A stretch of DNA of 32,000 nucleotides from a cyanobacterium endosymbiont of Braarudosphaera bigelowii (GTDB lineage: Bacteria > Cyanobacteriota > Cyanobacteriia > Cyanobacteriales > Microcystaceae), in the NCBI RefSeq assembly GCF_020885515.1, contig NZ_AP024987.1, positions 390,001 through 422,000 of the forward strand. The letters run 5' to 3'. Position numbers and translations under genes: made by a program. Under the pieces are notes generated by a model, which saw only the letters and a list, made by a program, of their open reading frames with translations, did not search any database and was not told the DNA's origin. Positions 1-10,109 of the stretch are shown piece after piece; position 1 is the stretch's first letter; each line of letters starts with the position of its first letter.

Positions 1-1
1 G

Positions 2-1519
2 ATTGCTGGTCGGGCAGGTCGTCGAGGAATGGACAAAGTAGGACATGTAGTAGTTGTTCAGACAATTTTTGAAGGACCAGCAGAAGCTGCTTATCTTGCT
101 ACCTCACAATCTGAATCTCTTGAAAGTTGTTTTACACCTTCTTATGGTATGGTATTGAACTTATTGCAAAAGCATACAATTCAAGAAACAAAAGATCTTT
201 TAGAAAAAAGTTTTGCTGAATATTTAGCTAAATTAAAATTAAGACCAGAACAACAGGAAATTATCTATTTAAATACAGAATTAAAAAAACTAGATATTCA
301 GTTAAGAGATGTTAAAGAAAAAGATATCTTAAAGTATGAGACCATAAATACTTGTTTAAAAGAAGAAAAAAGACTTTTAAAGATCTTACATTATCAAAAC
401 AAGAAGAAACGGAAAAAAGAAATCTCTACCCAGATAAAAAAACTAAGTCCAGGAGATTTACTATATCTTAAGAATCAGAAACTAAAACTTCCAACTTCTT
501 GTTTAGCTACTGTTGTTACTTTGGTTTCTTTAGATCAAAATATTAACTTACTTTGCTTAGGGAATGATAATTACTGGTATTTAGTTAAACAAGAAGATAT
601 TGCTAGTATTTGTAACCTTTCTTTACCTACTTTTTTAATAGATAAATTAAAACTTCCTGATATAGAACAACTCTCTTTTGGAAGGGGACCTAAAGGTGAT
701 TGTACCTGTCTTGAAGTGCATCAAGCAATGAAGAAATACAAGCTTCATAGTATCATTCCACAAGAGATAAGTAATCAACAAAACAAAATTAATGATATTG
801 AAAAATCTTTAAAAAGTGTTTTTTCTATTAATAGAAAAAACACTGCACAATTATTTAAATCTTATTATGAAAGACTAGAATTGAAAGAAAAATTATATTC
901 TAAACAAATTAAATTTCAAAAATTACAATCTAATCGTTCATATTACTGGCAAGAATTTCTTAATTTAATAGAAGTTTTACGCGATCTTGGCGCTTTGGAA
1001 AACTATACTCCTACAGTATTGGGGCAAGCTACTGCTACCCTTCGGGGAGAAAATGAGTTGTGGTTAGGAATAGTATTCATGTCAGGAATATTGGATAATT
1101 TACATTCTCATCATTTAGCAGGATTAGTTAGTGCAATGATTACAGAAACGTTACGTCCTGACACTTGGACAAATTATTTACCATCCCCAGAGGTACTAAG
1201 TATACTTAGCAGCTCTGAAGATAATACGATTAATATTAATAAAATTTATGATTTATTAAATAAAGTACAAAAACGTTATCAAATAACAATTCCTATTTAC
1301 TTAGAGTTAAAACTAATAGGGTTAGTAGAGGGATGGGCTTTAGGAGAAGATTGGCAAGATTTATGTAAAAATACCAGCTTGGATGAAGGGGATTTAGTAC
1401 GTTTGCTAAGACGCACAATTGATTTATTATCTCAAATACCTCATACACCAGGTCTCTCTATTTCTTTAATTCAAAATGCAGAGAAAGCAGTAATTCAATT
1501 AAAAAGATTTCCTGTATAA
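2..1519 (+). CDS. DEAD/DEAH box RNA helicase (Ski2/Mtr4-like, cyanobacterial type), 3' part; gene begins upstream of the window
   Basis: The frame is open from base 2 and reads IAGRAGRRGMDKVGHVVVVQT, which is helicase motif VI. The C-terminal half resembles a DSHCT-type domain. The ORF track start at 29 is an internal Met. Confidence 0.88.
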   Translation: MAGRAGRRGMDKVGHVVVVQTIFEGPAEAAYLATSQSESLESCFTPSYGMVLNLLQKHTIQETKDLLEKSFAEYLAKLKLRPEQQEIIYLNTELKKLDIQLRDVKEKDILKYETINTCLKEEKRLLKILHYQNKKKRKKEISTQIKKLSPGDLLYLKNQKLKLPTSCLATVVTLVSLDQNINLLCLGNDNYWYLVKQEDIASICNLSLPTFLIDKLKLPDIEQLSFGRGPKGDCTCLEVHQAMKKYKLHSIIPQEISNQQNKINDIEKSLKSVFSINRKNTAQLFKSYYERLELKEKLYSKQIKFQKLQSNRSYYWQEFLNLIEVLRDLGALENYTPTVLGQATATLRGENELWLGIVFMSGILDNLHSHHLAGLVSAMITETLRPDTWTNYLPSPEVLSILSSSEDNTININKIYDLLNKVQKRYQITIPIYLELKLIGLVEGWALGEDWQDLCKNTSLDEGDLVRLLRRTIDLLSQIPHTPGLSISLIQNAEKAVIQLKRFPV

Positions 1520-1554
1520 ATTCAAGAAAGTATATTTTCATAGTCTCTTCAGTT

Positions 1555-3432
1555 TTAATAAGGATGAAAATATTTATAAATCTCTTTCGCTAAAGAATAG
1601 CCTATCCCTGGAACTTTTTTTAAATCCTCAATAGAAGCTTCTCTAATATAATCAACGGAGTGAAAAAACAAAAGAAGTTCTTTTTGCCTTCGAAGTCCTA
1701 AACCAGATATATTATCTAATTGAGAAGAAAGACTTTGCTTAATACGTCGTTGACGATGATAGTTAATAGCAAAACGGTGTGCTTCATCTCTGATTTTTCT
1801 TAATAACTTTAAACCTGGCTGTTCTGAATCAGTTATTAAAGAGTCAGTATTTCCTGGCAGAAATATTTCTTCGTGTTTTTTTGCTAAGCTAATAACTTTT
1901 AATAAAGGAAAAAGTTTCATGTCTTTTAAAACTTTCACTACTGTAGAAAGTTGCCCTTTACCACCATCAATTAGAATTAAGTTTGGGTAATCTTCTAATT
2001 TCAATAAATCTTCTATTGCTAAATTACGATAGGAATGAAATCTCCTACTAATAACTTCTGCAAGACATGCAAAATCATCAGAATGACCTAACTTGATAGC
2101 AGTATTTTGAATTCTGTAATGACGATAAGATTGTTGTGCTGGAATTCCATTAATAAAAACAACTTGTGATGCAACAGCGTTAGATCCTTGTATATGAGAA
2201 ATATCATAACCTTCTATTCTGTAGGGAATTTCTTCCAAATTTAATATTTGAGTTAAATTTTGCAAAGAGAATAAGTTCTGCTGCATATCTCTTTGTGTTT
2301 TTTCTAGTTCATATGTTGCATTACGTTGAACTAGATTGATAATTTCGATTTTTTGTTGCTTTTTTGGAACAGTAATAGTGACTTTTTTACCTTTCTTACT
2401 TTTTAACCAGTTAGTAAAAATATCTATCTTAGGAAGTTCGTATTGTACTAAAATTTCATTTGGTATTTCTATTGGTTCTACTTGCCAATAGTGTTCTTCC
2501 AAAACCCTTTGTAATATGCTACCTGATGTGCCAGGAATGTTATCAACAAAAAATCCTAGGCGACCTATTAAGCGTCCTCCACGAATTTGAAATAGTTGCA
2601 CACAAGTATAACTATCATCAGAGGCTAAAGCGATTACATCTTGTGAGATTGTGTCATTTGGTAGAACTACTTTTTGATCTATACTAAGTTCTTTAAGGGC
2701 TTCAATTCGATCCCTTGTTTGTGCTGCCTGCTCAAATTTTAACTGTGTAGCATATAGCTTCATTTGAGTATCTAATCTTTGCACCAACTCTTCAGTACAA
2801 CCTTGAAATATCATTGCTACTTTCGCAACAATCTTATGATATCTATTCGAAGTAATCAATTTCTGACAAACACCAGGACAAAGACCAATATCGTAGTTTA
2901 AACAAGGTCTATCTTTAAATAATGGACGTGTCTTTTGACGTAAAGGAAAGACACGCTTAATGAGACTTAGTGTTTTTCGCAATTTATGAGTATCTACATA
3001 TGGCCCGTAATAGCGATCTCGTTTATTTCCTAATCGCCTTTTACGAGTAATGAATACTCTTGGATATTCTTCAGACCAAGTAATACAAACATAGGGATAT
3101 TTTTTATCATCTTTTAGAAGTACATTAAAATGTGGTTGATATTGCTTAACTAAGTTAGCTTCTAAAGCTAATGCTTCTACTTCTGTATCAGTAACAATAA
3201 ATTCAATGTTGTTAACTTGTTGCAACATTAAATTAATGCGAGGAGTATGATACTTTCCTTCCTGAAAATAAGAACGAACCCTGACCCTTAAACGTTTAGA
3301 TTTACCAATATAAAGGATATCTTCCTGTTTATCTAGCATTAAATAAATGCCGGGTTCCAGTGGAATTTCTTTCAATTTATTTTTTAGGGCATCGTTATTT
3401 AATAACAATTGTTTATTCTCTTGCACCACCAA
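1555..3432 (-). CDS. uvrC: Excinuclease ABC subunit C
   Basis: 625 aa. GIY-YIG-like N-terminus ([30 protein letters not shown]), UvrC endonuclease core ([36 protein letters not shown]) and C-terminal HhH ([16 protein letters not shown]). Confidence 0.97.
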   Translation of the reverse strand: MVVQENKQLLLNNDALKNKLKEIPLEPGIYLMLDKQEDILYIGKSKRLRVRVRSYFQEGKYHTPRINLMLQQVNNIEFIVTDTEVEALALEANLVKQYQPHFNVLLKDDKKYPYVCITWSEEYPRVFITRKRRLGNKRDRYYGPYVDTHKLRKTLSLIKRVFPLRQKTRPLFKDRPCLNYDIGLCPGVCQKLITSNRYHKIVAKVAMIFQGCTEELVQRLDTQMKLYATQLKFEQAAQTRDRIEALKELSIDQKVVLPNDTISQDVIALASDDSYTCVQLFQIRGGRLIGRLGFFVDNIPGTSGSILQRVLEEHYWQVEPIEIPNEILVQYELPKIDIFTNWLKSKKGKKVTITVPKKQQKIEIINLVQRNATYELEKTQRDMQQNLFSLQNLTQILNLEEIPYRIEGYDISHIQGSNAVASQVVFINGIPAQQSYRHYRIQNTAIKLGHSDDFACLAEVISRRFHSYRNLAIEDLLKLEDYPNLILIDGGKGQLSTVVKVLKDMKLFPLLKVISLAKKHEEIFLPGNTDSLITDSEQPGLKLLRKIRDEAHRFAINYHRQRRIKQSLSSQLDNISGLGLRRQKELLLFFHSVDYIREASIEDLKKVPGIGYSLAKEIYKYFHPY

Positions 3433-3663
3433 TACCTTAATAATTTGTACTTTCTAGATGTGAAAACATAAATTATTTATATCATTATCTTAAATGTGTA
3501 TATCTAGTATATTAGTTTACACACTCTTAACTATATTATTAACAATAAAATAATTATCTAAAATTAATCTCCTGCTAAAACTTTCCGTTTATTAATTTTC
3601 TTTTACTTATTTCATTATTGTTTTAGACAATTTTCGGATTACTATAATAACATTACTTAAATA

Positions 3664-5010
3664 GTGTATATGTTAAATAATATTCAATTAGCTTTAGCAA
3701 TAGGAATAGCTAAAGTCGTAACTTTTATTGTTAAATTTTTTAAATTAGGAGCTGCAAGTGTTCTACCTGGAGCAATCTCTCTTCGTTTTTATCCTAAAAC
3801 TTTATCAGAATTGTGTAAACAAGTTACTGAAGGAATTATTGTAGTTATTGGGACAAACGGTAAAACGACAACGTCTCTTTTGTTGAGAACTATTTTAGAG
3901 AATCAGGGATGGAGGGTTACCCATAATAGGACTGGAGCTAACTTACTAAACGGTTTAGTTACAGCATTACTAGAAAATACTACAATAACAGGAAACTTAG
4001 TCACAGATTTTGCAATTTTAGAAGTAGACGAAAATATTATTTCTTTACTACTAAAAGAATGTAAGCCTAAGATAATTATTGGTTTAAATATATTTCGAGA
4101 CCAATTAGATCGTTATGGAGAAGTTGATTCGATAAGCTTAGCTTGGCAGAAAGCGATTAGTTCTCTTTCACCTGAAACAACAATTATTTTAAACGCTGAT
4201 GATCCAACTTTATCTCATTTAGGTCAACAATTATTTCAACAAACTTTTTATTTTGGTTTGTCAGAACCTGAGCAATATTTAGAAGAAATTCCCCATGCAG
4301 CAGATTCAATATATTGTCCAAGTTGTGGTCATATCTTAAGTTATCAAGGATTTTATCTTTCTCATTTAGGAGACTTTCATTGTCCTAGATGTAATTTTAA
4401 GAAAAGCCAACTAGCACTTATCAGTAAAGATTGGCCACAAATACTAGTTGGTATTTATAACAAATATAATACATTAGCTGCAGGATTAGCTGCTAGAAAA
4501 CTTGGTGTTCAATTTCCTGAAATTTGCAATACTATTAAAACGTTTAAGCCAGCTTTTGGAAGAGCAGAAGAACTAATTGTTGATAACAAAAAGGTTTGTA
4601 TTCTGCTATCAAAAAATCCTGTAGGTATGAATGAAACTATAAAAATAGTAAATAATTCAAAAAAGGAAAAGCATTCTTCAACAACTTTATTGATCCTAAA
4701 TGATAGAATTCCTGATGGTATAGATATTTCTTGGATTTGGGATGTAGACACAGAACTTTTAGTAAGGTTAGGAGGCAATCTTATAGTAAGTGGTGACCGA
4801 ACTTATGACATGGCTTTACGCTTGAAGTATAGTCAGCAAAGTTTAACAAGCCAAGAAAATACAATTAATCTAATTGTTAAAGAAAATTTAAACCAAGCTA
4901 TAAAAATGGCTCTAAGTTTAACAACAGAAGCAGAAACTTTATATATAATTCCAACCTATTCCGCTATGTTAGAAGTTAGAGAAATAATAGTTGGGCGTAA
5001 GATTCTGTAA
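3664..5010 (+). CDS. murT: MurT-like Mur ligase family protein (DUF1727, lipid II isoglutaminyl synthase catalytic-type subunit)
   Basis: 448 aa. Mur ligase ATP-binding motif VIGTNGKTTTSLLL, central zinc ribbon (CPSCGHIL...CPRCNF) and NPVGMNE near the DUF1727 domain. The track start at 3664 is GTG. ATG at 3670 is an alternative start. Confidence 0.85.
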   Translation: MYMLNNIQLALAIGIAKVVTFIVKFFKLGAASVLPGAISLRFYPKTLSELCKQVTEGIIVVIGTNGKTTTSLLLRTILENQGWRVTHNRTGANLLNGLVTALLENTTITGNLVTDFAILEVDENIISLLLKECKPKIIIGLNIFRDQLDRYGEVDSISLAWQKAISSLSPETTIILNADDPTLSHLGQQLFQQTFYFGLSEPEQYLEEIPHAADSIYCPSCGHILSYQGFYLSHLGDFHCPRCNFKKSQLALISKDWPQILVGIYNKYNTLAAGLAARKLGVQFPEICNTIKTFKPAFGRAEELIVDNKKVCILLSKNPVGMNETIKIVNNSKKEKHSSTTLLILNDRIPDGIDISWIWDVDTELLVRLGGNLIVSGDRTYDMALRLKYSQQSLTSQENTINLIVKENLNQAIKMALSLTTEAETLYIIPTYSAMLEVREIIVGRKIL

Positions 5011-5713
5011 GTCAAGTTCTATATAAATTTTTATTAAATTTGAAGATATACCAATAATCAAATAAGCTTAAATATTTACCAATTAAGTAACATCGTTACG
5101 CGTACTCAAATAGTATAGGCAGGTTTAAAAATTACTGACTAAAATTTAGACTAAAGACAATTACTTTATAATATGAATACCTTTATTGGTTTGCTGAAAA
5201 TTATTCGATGAGCTGTAATAGGTTCTGGTATTAAATTGAGCAACTTAATATAATTGATTGACGATAAGCGGTAGTTTTGTAAATTAAAGGTAAAACAGAA
5301 CACTAGAGATAATAAACTATCACTTTCTTATACCCTCAATTACTTATTTACTTCATTATTCCAGAGTCCCTTATCAAGGGATTATCTTAACTTACTGCGA
5401 TATATTAAAACTTAATGATTGTGTTTATTAATATTCTAATGATTAAGAAGATTGTTCCTACTATAAAACGTGATGTAAAAGAAAGAAAATACATTCCTTA
5501 AGAAATAAAAATATTTAATAAATCGAAGAAGATTTTAGCCATAAATAGCGTAAATATATTATTTATATTTAATAAAATCATATTCAATAAATAAGTTAAT
5601 CTATTAAATAGTATTTTATTAAATATGATTTTTATACCAAAATGATAAATTCTATGTTATAGTTAAAGTTCATGCGTAAGCATTAAACAGTACCAAGTTT
5701 TTTGTCGACGTAT

Positions 5714-6030
5714 GGGGGCGTGGCGGAATGGTAGACGCTACGGACTTAAATAATTGAGCCTTGTTAGAGAGATTTAACAAGTGTAAGTTCTCAAATTCAG
5801 GGAATCCTAAATCTTTTACATAGATTAGACAAGGTAATCCTGAGCCAAGCTTGGCCTTATAGAAGGTTAAGAAGGTGCAGAGACTCGACGGGAACTACCC
5901 TACGCAGAAATGATAAAGGGTAAAGAGAGAGTCCGATTCTTAAAGTCTAATTAGACGATAGTGAAAGCTATGTAAAGAATGAAAATCCGTTGACCGCAAG
6001 GTCGTGAGAGTTCAAGTCTCTCCGCCCCCA
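5714..6030 (+). tRNA. trnL-UAA: tRNA-Leu(UAA), interrupted by a group I intron in the anticodon
   Basis: 5' exon GGGGGCGTGGCGGAATGGTAGACGCTACGGACTT (5714-5747) and 3' exon AAAATCCGTTGACCGCAAGGTCGTGAGAGTTCAAGTCTCTCCGCCCCCA (5982-6030). Together they form a complete class II tRNA-Leu with a 7-bp acceptor stem (GGGGGCG/CGCCCCC). CCA is not encoded. Confidence 0.96.
5748..5981 (+). ncRNA. Group I self-splicing intron in tRNA-Leu(UAA), 234 nt, no internal ORF
   Basis: Starts AAATAATTGAGCC after the anticodon U and ends in G. Contains P/Q-like elements (AATTCAGGGAATCCTAAATC, GGTAATCCTGAGCCAAG), an R-like element (GTGCAGAGACTCGACGGGAACTACC) and an S-like element (AAGAGAGAGTCC). The position matches the conserved cyanobacterial and plastid tRNA-Leu intron. 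Confidence 0.93.
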
Positions 6031-6037
6031 CTACTTT

Positions 6038-6096
6038 TTACAAGTCTTATGAGAAATATAGTTAATTTATAACTATATTTCTCATAAGACTTGTAA
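6038..6096 (+). terminator. Perfect 27-bp stem, 5-nt loop hairpin followed by GCTTTTTATTT; likely terminator or processing hairpin downstream of tRNA-Leu
   Basis: Arms 6038-6064 (TTACAAGTCTTATGAGAAATATAGTTA) and 6070-6096 (TAACTATATTTCTCATAAGACTTGTAA), loop ATTTA, with a T-rich stretch after it on the + strand. Confidence 0.75.
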
Positions 6097-6183
6097 GCTT
6101 TTTATTTAAGTAATATTGTGCTTAAATTGTTAAGACGTTAGCTATAGCACTTGCTGGCTATAACTAAAAGCCAATGTCTCAAG

Positions 6184-7953
6184 CTAAGATGCTACAGAAG
6201 CTGTTGATCGGCGTCGACGATAAACTTTTTGATTAGTCTTAGACTTTGAAGAAGAAGATACATCTGGAATTTGTAAAATAAATATTACTAGTGGTTCGCT
6301 TCGTAATTCTCTTTTTATAAGTCTCTGTAAGGTATTTTCAACTTCTTCTTTTAACCAAGACCAATTAATTGTATTTTTATCTTCATCTGAAACAAACTCC
6401 TCCCAACGATTTTTTACAATATTTTCAATTGCTCGTATGATAACTTGTCGCAATACAGGCTTTTCTACTTTAGTTACTACACCACGAAGATCGACCTGCG
6501 GAAGTTCCGTTAATTCTCTATCTTGGTTAATAGATGCTGCTACCGTTATTACTCCGTCTTTAGCAAGTTGTTGACGATCTTGTAGTACATTTTCATGTAC
6601 TACACCTGCTTGATCAACCAATTCAATACCAGAAGGAACTTTCCCAGCAAGACTAATATTATTACTAGATAACTCTATTACATCCCCATTTTTGACTATA
6701 ATAATATTTTCAGAGCTAATCCCCATTTCATAAGCAGTTTGCGCATGTTTTACTAACATTCGGTGTTCCCCGTGGACTGGGACAAAAAACTTAGGGCGAG
6801 TTAAAGCTAACATTAGTTTATGATCTTCTTGAGAACCATGACCAGAAACATGTATACCATGGTGGCGACCATAGATGACGTTCGCTCCCTGCATCATTAA
6901 ACGATCAATGGTATTAACAACAGCAATAGTATTTCCTGGTATCGGATTAGCTGAGAAAACTATAGTATCTCCTTGACGTACCTTTATATGACGATGATCT
7001 CCTCGAGAAATACGCGTTAAAGCAGCTAGTGGTTCACCTTGTGAACCAGTTGTTAAAATAAGAACTTGTTTGTCCGGTATATTACGTGCTCCTTTAAGTG
7101 AAACAAATAAATCTTCTGGACATGTTATATAACCTAGTGTTCTTGCATGAGCAATAACATTCAACATAGAGCGTCCTACAACAACTACTTTACGTTTATG
7201 CTTTTGAGCAAGTTGTAAAATTATATTAACTCGATGAACTGAGGAAGCAAAAGTAGTTATCATCAAGCGTCCTTCAGCTTGAGATATTATGCGATCTAAG
7301 TTTGGATAAACAGATCTTTCTGAAGCAGTACTACCAGGGAGTTCAGCGTTAGTAGAGTCGCTTAATAAACAAAGTACTCCTTTCTCTCCATGCTCAGCAA
7401 GTTTCTGAAAATCAAAATATTCACCATCAATAGGAGTGTAATCAACCTTAAAATCTCCAGTATGGATAATAACGCCTAAAGGAGTATGAATAGCTAGAGT
7501 AAAACTATCAGCTATTGAATGAGTATTACGAATAAATTCTACTAAAAAAGATGAACTAATCCTTGTCATTTCTCTTGGTTCAACTGTCTTTAAAGTAGTG
7601 CGACCACTTACTCCTGCTTCGTCTAACTTATCCCTTAATAATGCGATAGCGAGTTTTGGGCCATAAATAATAGGGATATCAAATTGCTTTAAATGATAAG
7701 CAATTCCACCTATATGATCTTCATGGCCATGGGTGGCTATCATACCTTTAATTTTGTGACGATTGTCTCTGAGATAGGTCATGTCAGGAAGAACAATATT
7801 TACCCCATGCATCTCATCAGTTGGAAAAGCAATACCTGCATCGATTAAAATAATTTCGTCTTCGTATTCTAAGACACAGGTATTCTTACCAATTTCATGA
7901 AGACCTCCTAAAGGAATAATTTTTAATGTAGACTCTTTATTGATTTGGTTCAT
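6184..7953 (-). CDS. rnj: Ribonuclease J (metallo-beta-lactamase / beta-CASP)
   Basis: 589 aa. Motifs GGLHEIGKN, ATHGHEDHIGGI, DFKVDYTP, SDSTNAELPG, RGDHRHIKV and PVHGEHRML. Confidence 0.95.
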   Translation of the reverse strand: MNQINKESTLKIIPLGGLHEIGKNTCVLEYEDEIILIDAGIAFPTDEMHGVNIVLPDMTYLRDNRHKIKGMIATHGHEDHIGGIAYHLKQFDIPIIYGPKLAIALLRDKLDEAGVSGRTTLKTVEPREMTRISSSFLVEFIRNTHSIADSFTLAIHTPLGVIIHTGDFKVDYTPIDGEYFDFQKLAEHGEKGVLCLLSDSTNAELPGSTASERSVYPNLDRIISQAEGRLMITTFASSVHRVNIILQLAQKHKRKVVVVGRSMLNVIAHARTLGYITCPEDLFVSLKGARNIPDKQVLILTTGSQGEPLAALTRISRGDHRHIKVRQGDTIVFSANPIPGNTIAVVNTIDRLMMQGANVIYGRHHGIHVSGHGSQEDHKLMLALTRPKFFVPVHGEHRMLVKHAQTAYEMGISSENIIIVKNGDVIELSSNNISLAGKVPSGIELVDQAGVVHENVLQDRQQLAKDGVITVAASINQDRELTELPQVDLRGVVTKVEKPVLRQVIIRAIENIVKNRWEEFVSDEDKNTINWSWLKEEVENTLQRLIKRELRSEPLVIFILQIPDVSSSSKSKTNQKVYRRRRSTASVAS

Positions 7954-8112
7954 TTTTCTCCTTGATTATCTAAAATATATGTTGATAAAATCAATACTAT
8001 AAAAACTCAAAATTTAAATAAAAACTATTATTTAATAATATCTAATTTGTATTTTCAAAAATGTTTATTAGGAATTAATCATTTGCTTATCCTAAACTAA
8101 TATTGTTATTAA

Positions 8113-9012
8113 TTATTTACTTTTAACTAACATTAACTCTTCTAGAACTAGTCTAATTTCTTCATTTAATGCTTTTGATATACCTACTAGAGGAAGTCTA
8201 ACCCCTCCCACCAACCATCCCTGCAAATTTAATGCCGCTTTAATTGGAATCGGATTAGTTGTACAAAATAAAACTTTAAATAATGGAAAAAGTTTTAAAT
8301 TTATTTCACTTGCTCGAGTTTCTTCGTTTTTATTAAATGCTTGTATCATTTTCTGAATTTCCAATCCAACTAAATGACTAGCAACACTAATAACACCTAT
8401 ACCCCCAACTGTAAGAAAAGGCAGAGTTGAACAATCATCTCCTGCATAAATGAGAAAAGAAGGATCGGTCATTGAACGTATTGCATAGACCTGCTCTAAA
8501 TTACTAGAAGCTTCTTTAATACCAATAATATTTTCAATTTCTGCTAGTTTAGCAATAGTTTCTGATAATAAGTTTTGACCAGTACGCCCAGGTACATTGT
8601 ATAAGATGATGGGAAGATCATTGACAGACTGAGCAATCTTTTTAAAATGTTGATACAATCCTTCTTGTGGAGGTTTATTGTAGTAAGGAACCACTTGTAA
8701 GGATCCATCCAATCCCATTTTAGAAATTTCTTGAGTCATCTCAATAGCATGGACCGTGGAATTTGCACCTGTTCCAGCAATAACCTTTGCTCTATTCCCC
8801 ACAGTCTTTTTAACTACTTGAAATAATTTAGACTTCTCTGGCCAGCTTAAGGTCGGGGACTCTCCAGTAGTACCACAGACGACTAGACTATCACTGCCAT
8901 TGTCAACTAGGTAAGTAGCTAATTGTTCCACAACAGGATAGTTAACATTTCCTTCTTTATCAAATGGAGTTACCATAGCGGTAATTACTTTGCCAAAACT
9001 TAGATCACTCAT
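8113..9012 (-). CDS. dapA: 4-hydroxy-tetrahydrodipicolinate synthase
   Basis: 299 aa. VITAMVTPF, GTTGESPTL, PYYNKPPQEGLYQHF, YNVPGRTG and IKEASS motifs. Confidence 0.97.
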   Translation of the reverse strand: MSDLSFGKVITAMVTPFDKEGNVNYPVVEQLATYLVDNGSDSLVVCGTTGESPTLSWPEKSKLFQVVKKTVGNRAKVIAGTGANSTVHAIEMTQEISKMGLDGSLQVVPYYNKPPQEGLYQHFKKIAQSVNDLPIILYNVPGRTGQNLLSETIAKLAEIENIIGIKEASSNLEQVYAIRSMTDPSFLIYAGDDCSTLPFLTVGGIGVISVASHLVGLEIQKMIQAFNKNEETRASEINLKLFPLFKVLFCTTNPIPIKAALNLQGWLVGGVRLPLVGISKALNEEIRLVLEELMLVKSK

Positions 9013-9095
9013 TCGTTTTGTTGTAAGTTATGATTCTTTTTAAAAATATATTGAGTGAATATTTTACTTAATCATTTAACATTAATATTGTCAAG

Positions 9096-10109
9096 TCAAT
9101 AATTTTTATTAATTAATAGTTCAGCTATCTGAACTGCATTTAATGCCGCCCCTTTAAGAATTTGATCACCACAAATCCATAATTCTAAACCACAAGGGTG
9201 GGAAATATCTTGACGAATTCTTCCAACTAATACATCATCATGATTGGAGGCATCAACTGGCATAGGAAAATGATTTTTTTGCCAATTTTCACATAACTGA
9301 ATTCCTGAAGTTTGGAGAATAGCTTCTCTTGCTTTGTTTATGGGGAATGGCTCATCAAACTCTAGGTTAATAGATTCAGAATGGGCTCGTAATACAGGGA
9401 CTCTAACACAGGTTGCCGTCACTTTTAAATCTGGTTCATTAAAAATTTTACGGGTTTCATTGACCATCTTCATCTCTTCTTCGCAATATCCTGTATCAGT
9501 CATCTTAGAGTCATGAAGAAAAAGATTGAAAGCTAGTGGATAAGGTAGAATTTTTGCTTCAGGCTTCTTATCATTAAAAATATTTTTAAATTGTTGTTTC
9601 ATTTCTTCCATTGCCTGTGTTCCAGCTCCACTAACGGACTGGTAAGTAGATACAACTATTCTTTTAATAGGTTTAATTTTATGCAGTGGATAGATAACCA
9701 TAGCCATAAGAATAGTTGTACAGTTAGGATTGGCAATAATCTTATTATGACCGATTAAAGATTTAGGATTAATTTCTGGTATTATTAAAGGAACGTCAGG
9801 GTCTAATCGAAAAGCACTAGAGTTGTCTATCATCACAGCTCCTGCGTTTGTAATGGTTTTTGCCCAGACTTTAGACACAGAGCTTCCAGCGGAGGCCAAT
9901 ACTAAATCAATATTGCTAAAAGAATTTGCCTTAACTTCTTTTACTTCCAATGTCTCACCCTTAAAGGTTAATTTACTTCCTGCAGAACGAGGAGAAGCTA
10001 AAAGCTTAAGGCTATTTAAAGGAAAATTTCGACTTTCTAAAAGTTTTAACAACTCAGTGCCAACGGCTCCTGTCGCCCCTAGTATGGCAATATTGACTGG
10101 CTTGGACAA
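9096..10109 (-). CDS. asd: Aspartate-semialdehyde dehydrogenase
   Basis: 337 aa. N-terminal GATGAVG, active-site NPNCTTILM, SGAGTQAMEE and RVPVLRAHSESIN. Confidence 0.97.
   Translation of the reverse strand: MSKPVNIAILGATGAVGTELLKLLESRNFPLNSLKLLASPRSAGSKLTFKGETLEVKEVKANSFSNIDLVLASAGSSVSKVWAKTITNAGAVMIDNSSAFRLDPDVPLIIPEINPKSLIGHNKIIANPNCTTILMAMVIYPLHKIKPIKRIVVSTYQSVSGAGTQAMEEMKQQFKNIFNDKKPEAKILPYPLAFNLFLHDSKMTDTGYCEEEMKMVNETRKIFNEPDLKVTATCVRVPVLRAHSESINLEFDEPFPINKAREAILQTSGIQLCENWQKNHFPMPVDASNHDDVLVGRIRQDISHPCGLELWICGDQILKGAALNAVQIAELLINKNY

Noticed and set aside
1530-1580. Imperfect inverted repeat ATATTTTCAT...ATGAAAATAT between the helicase and uvrC
   Set aside because: Only 10 bp with a loop of about 20 nt in AT-rich DNA. 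Too weak to call a terminator with confidence.
2460-2687. 75-aa plus-strand ORF antisense to uvrC
   Set aside because: It lies wholly inside a confidently identified gene and has no recognisable family.
4509-4778. 89-aa ORF antisense to murT
   Set aside because: It is a shadow ORF inside the Mur ligase coding region.
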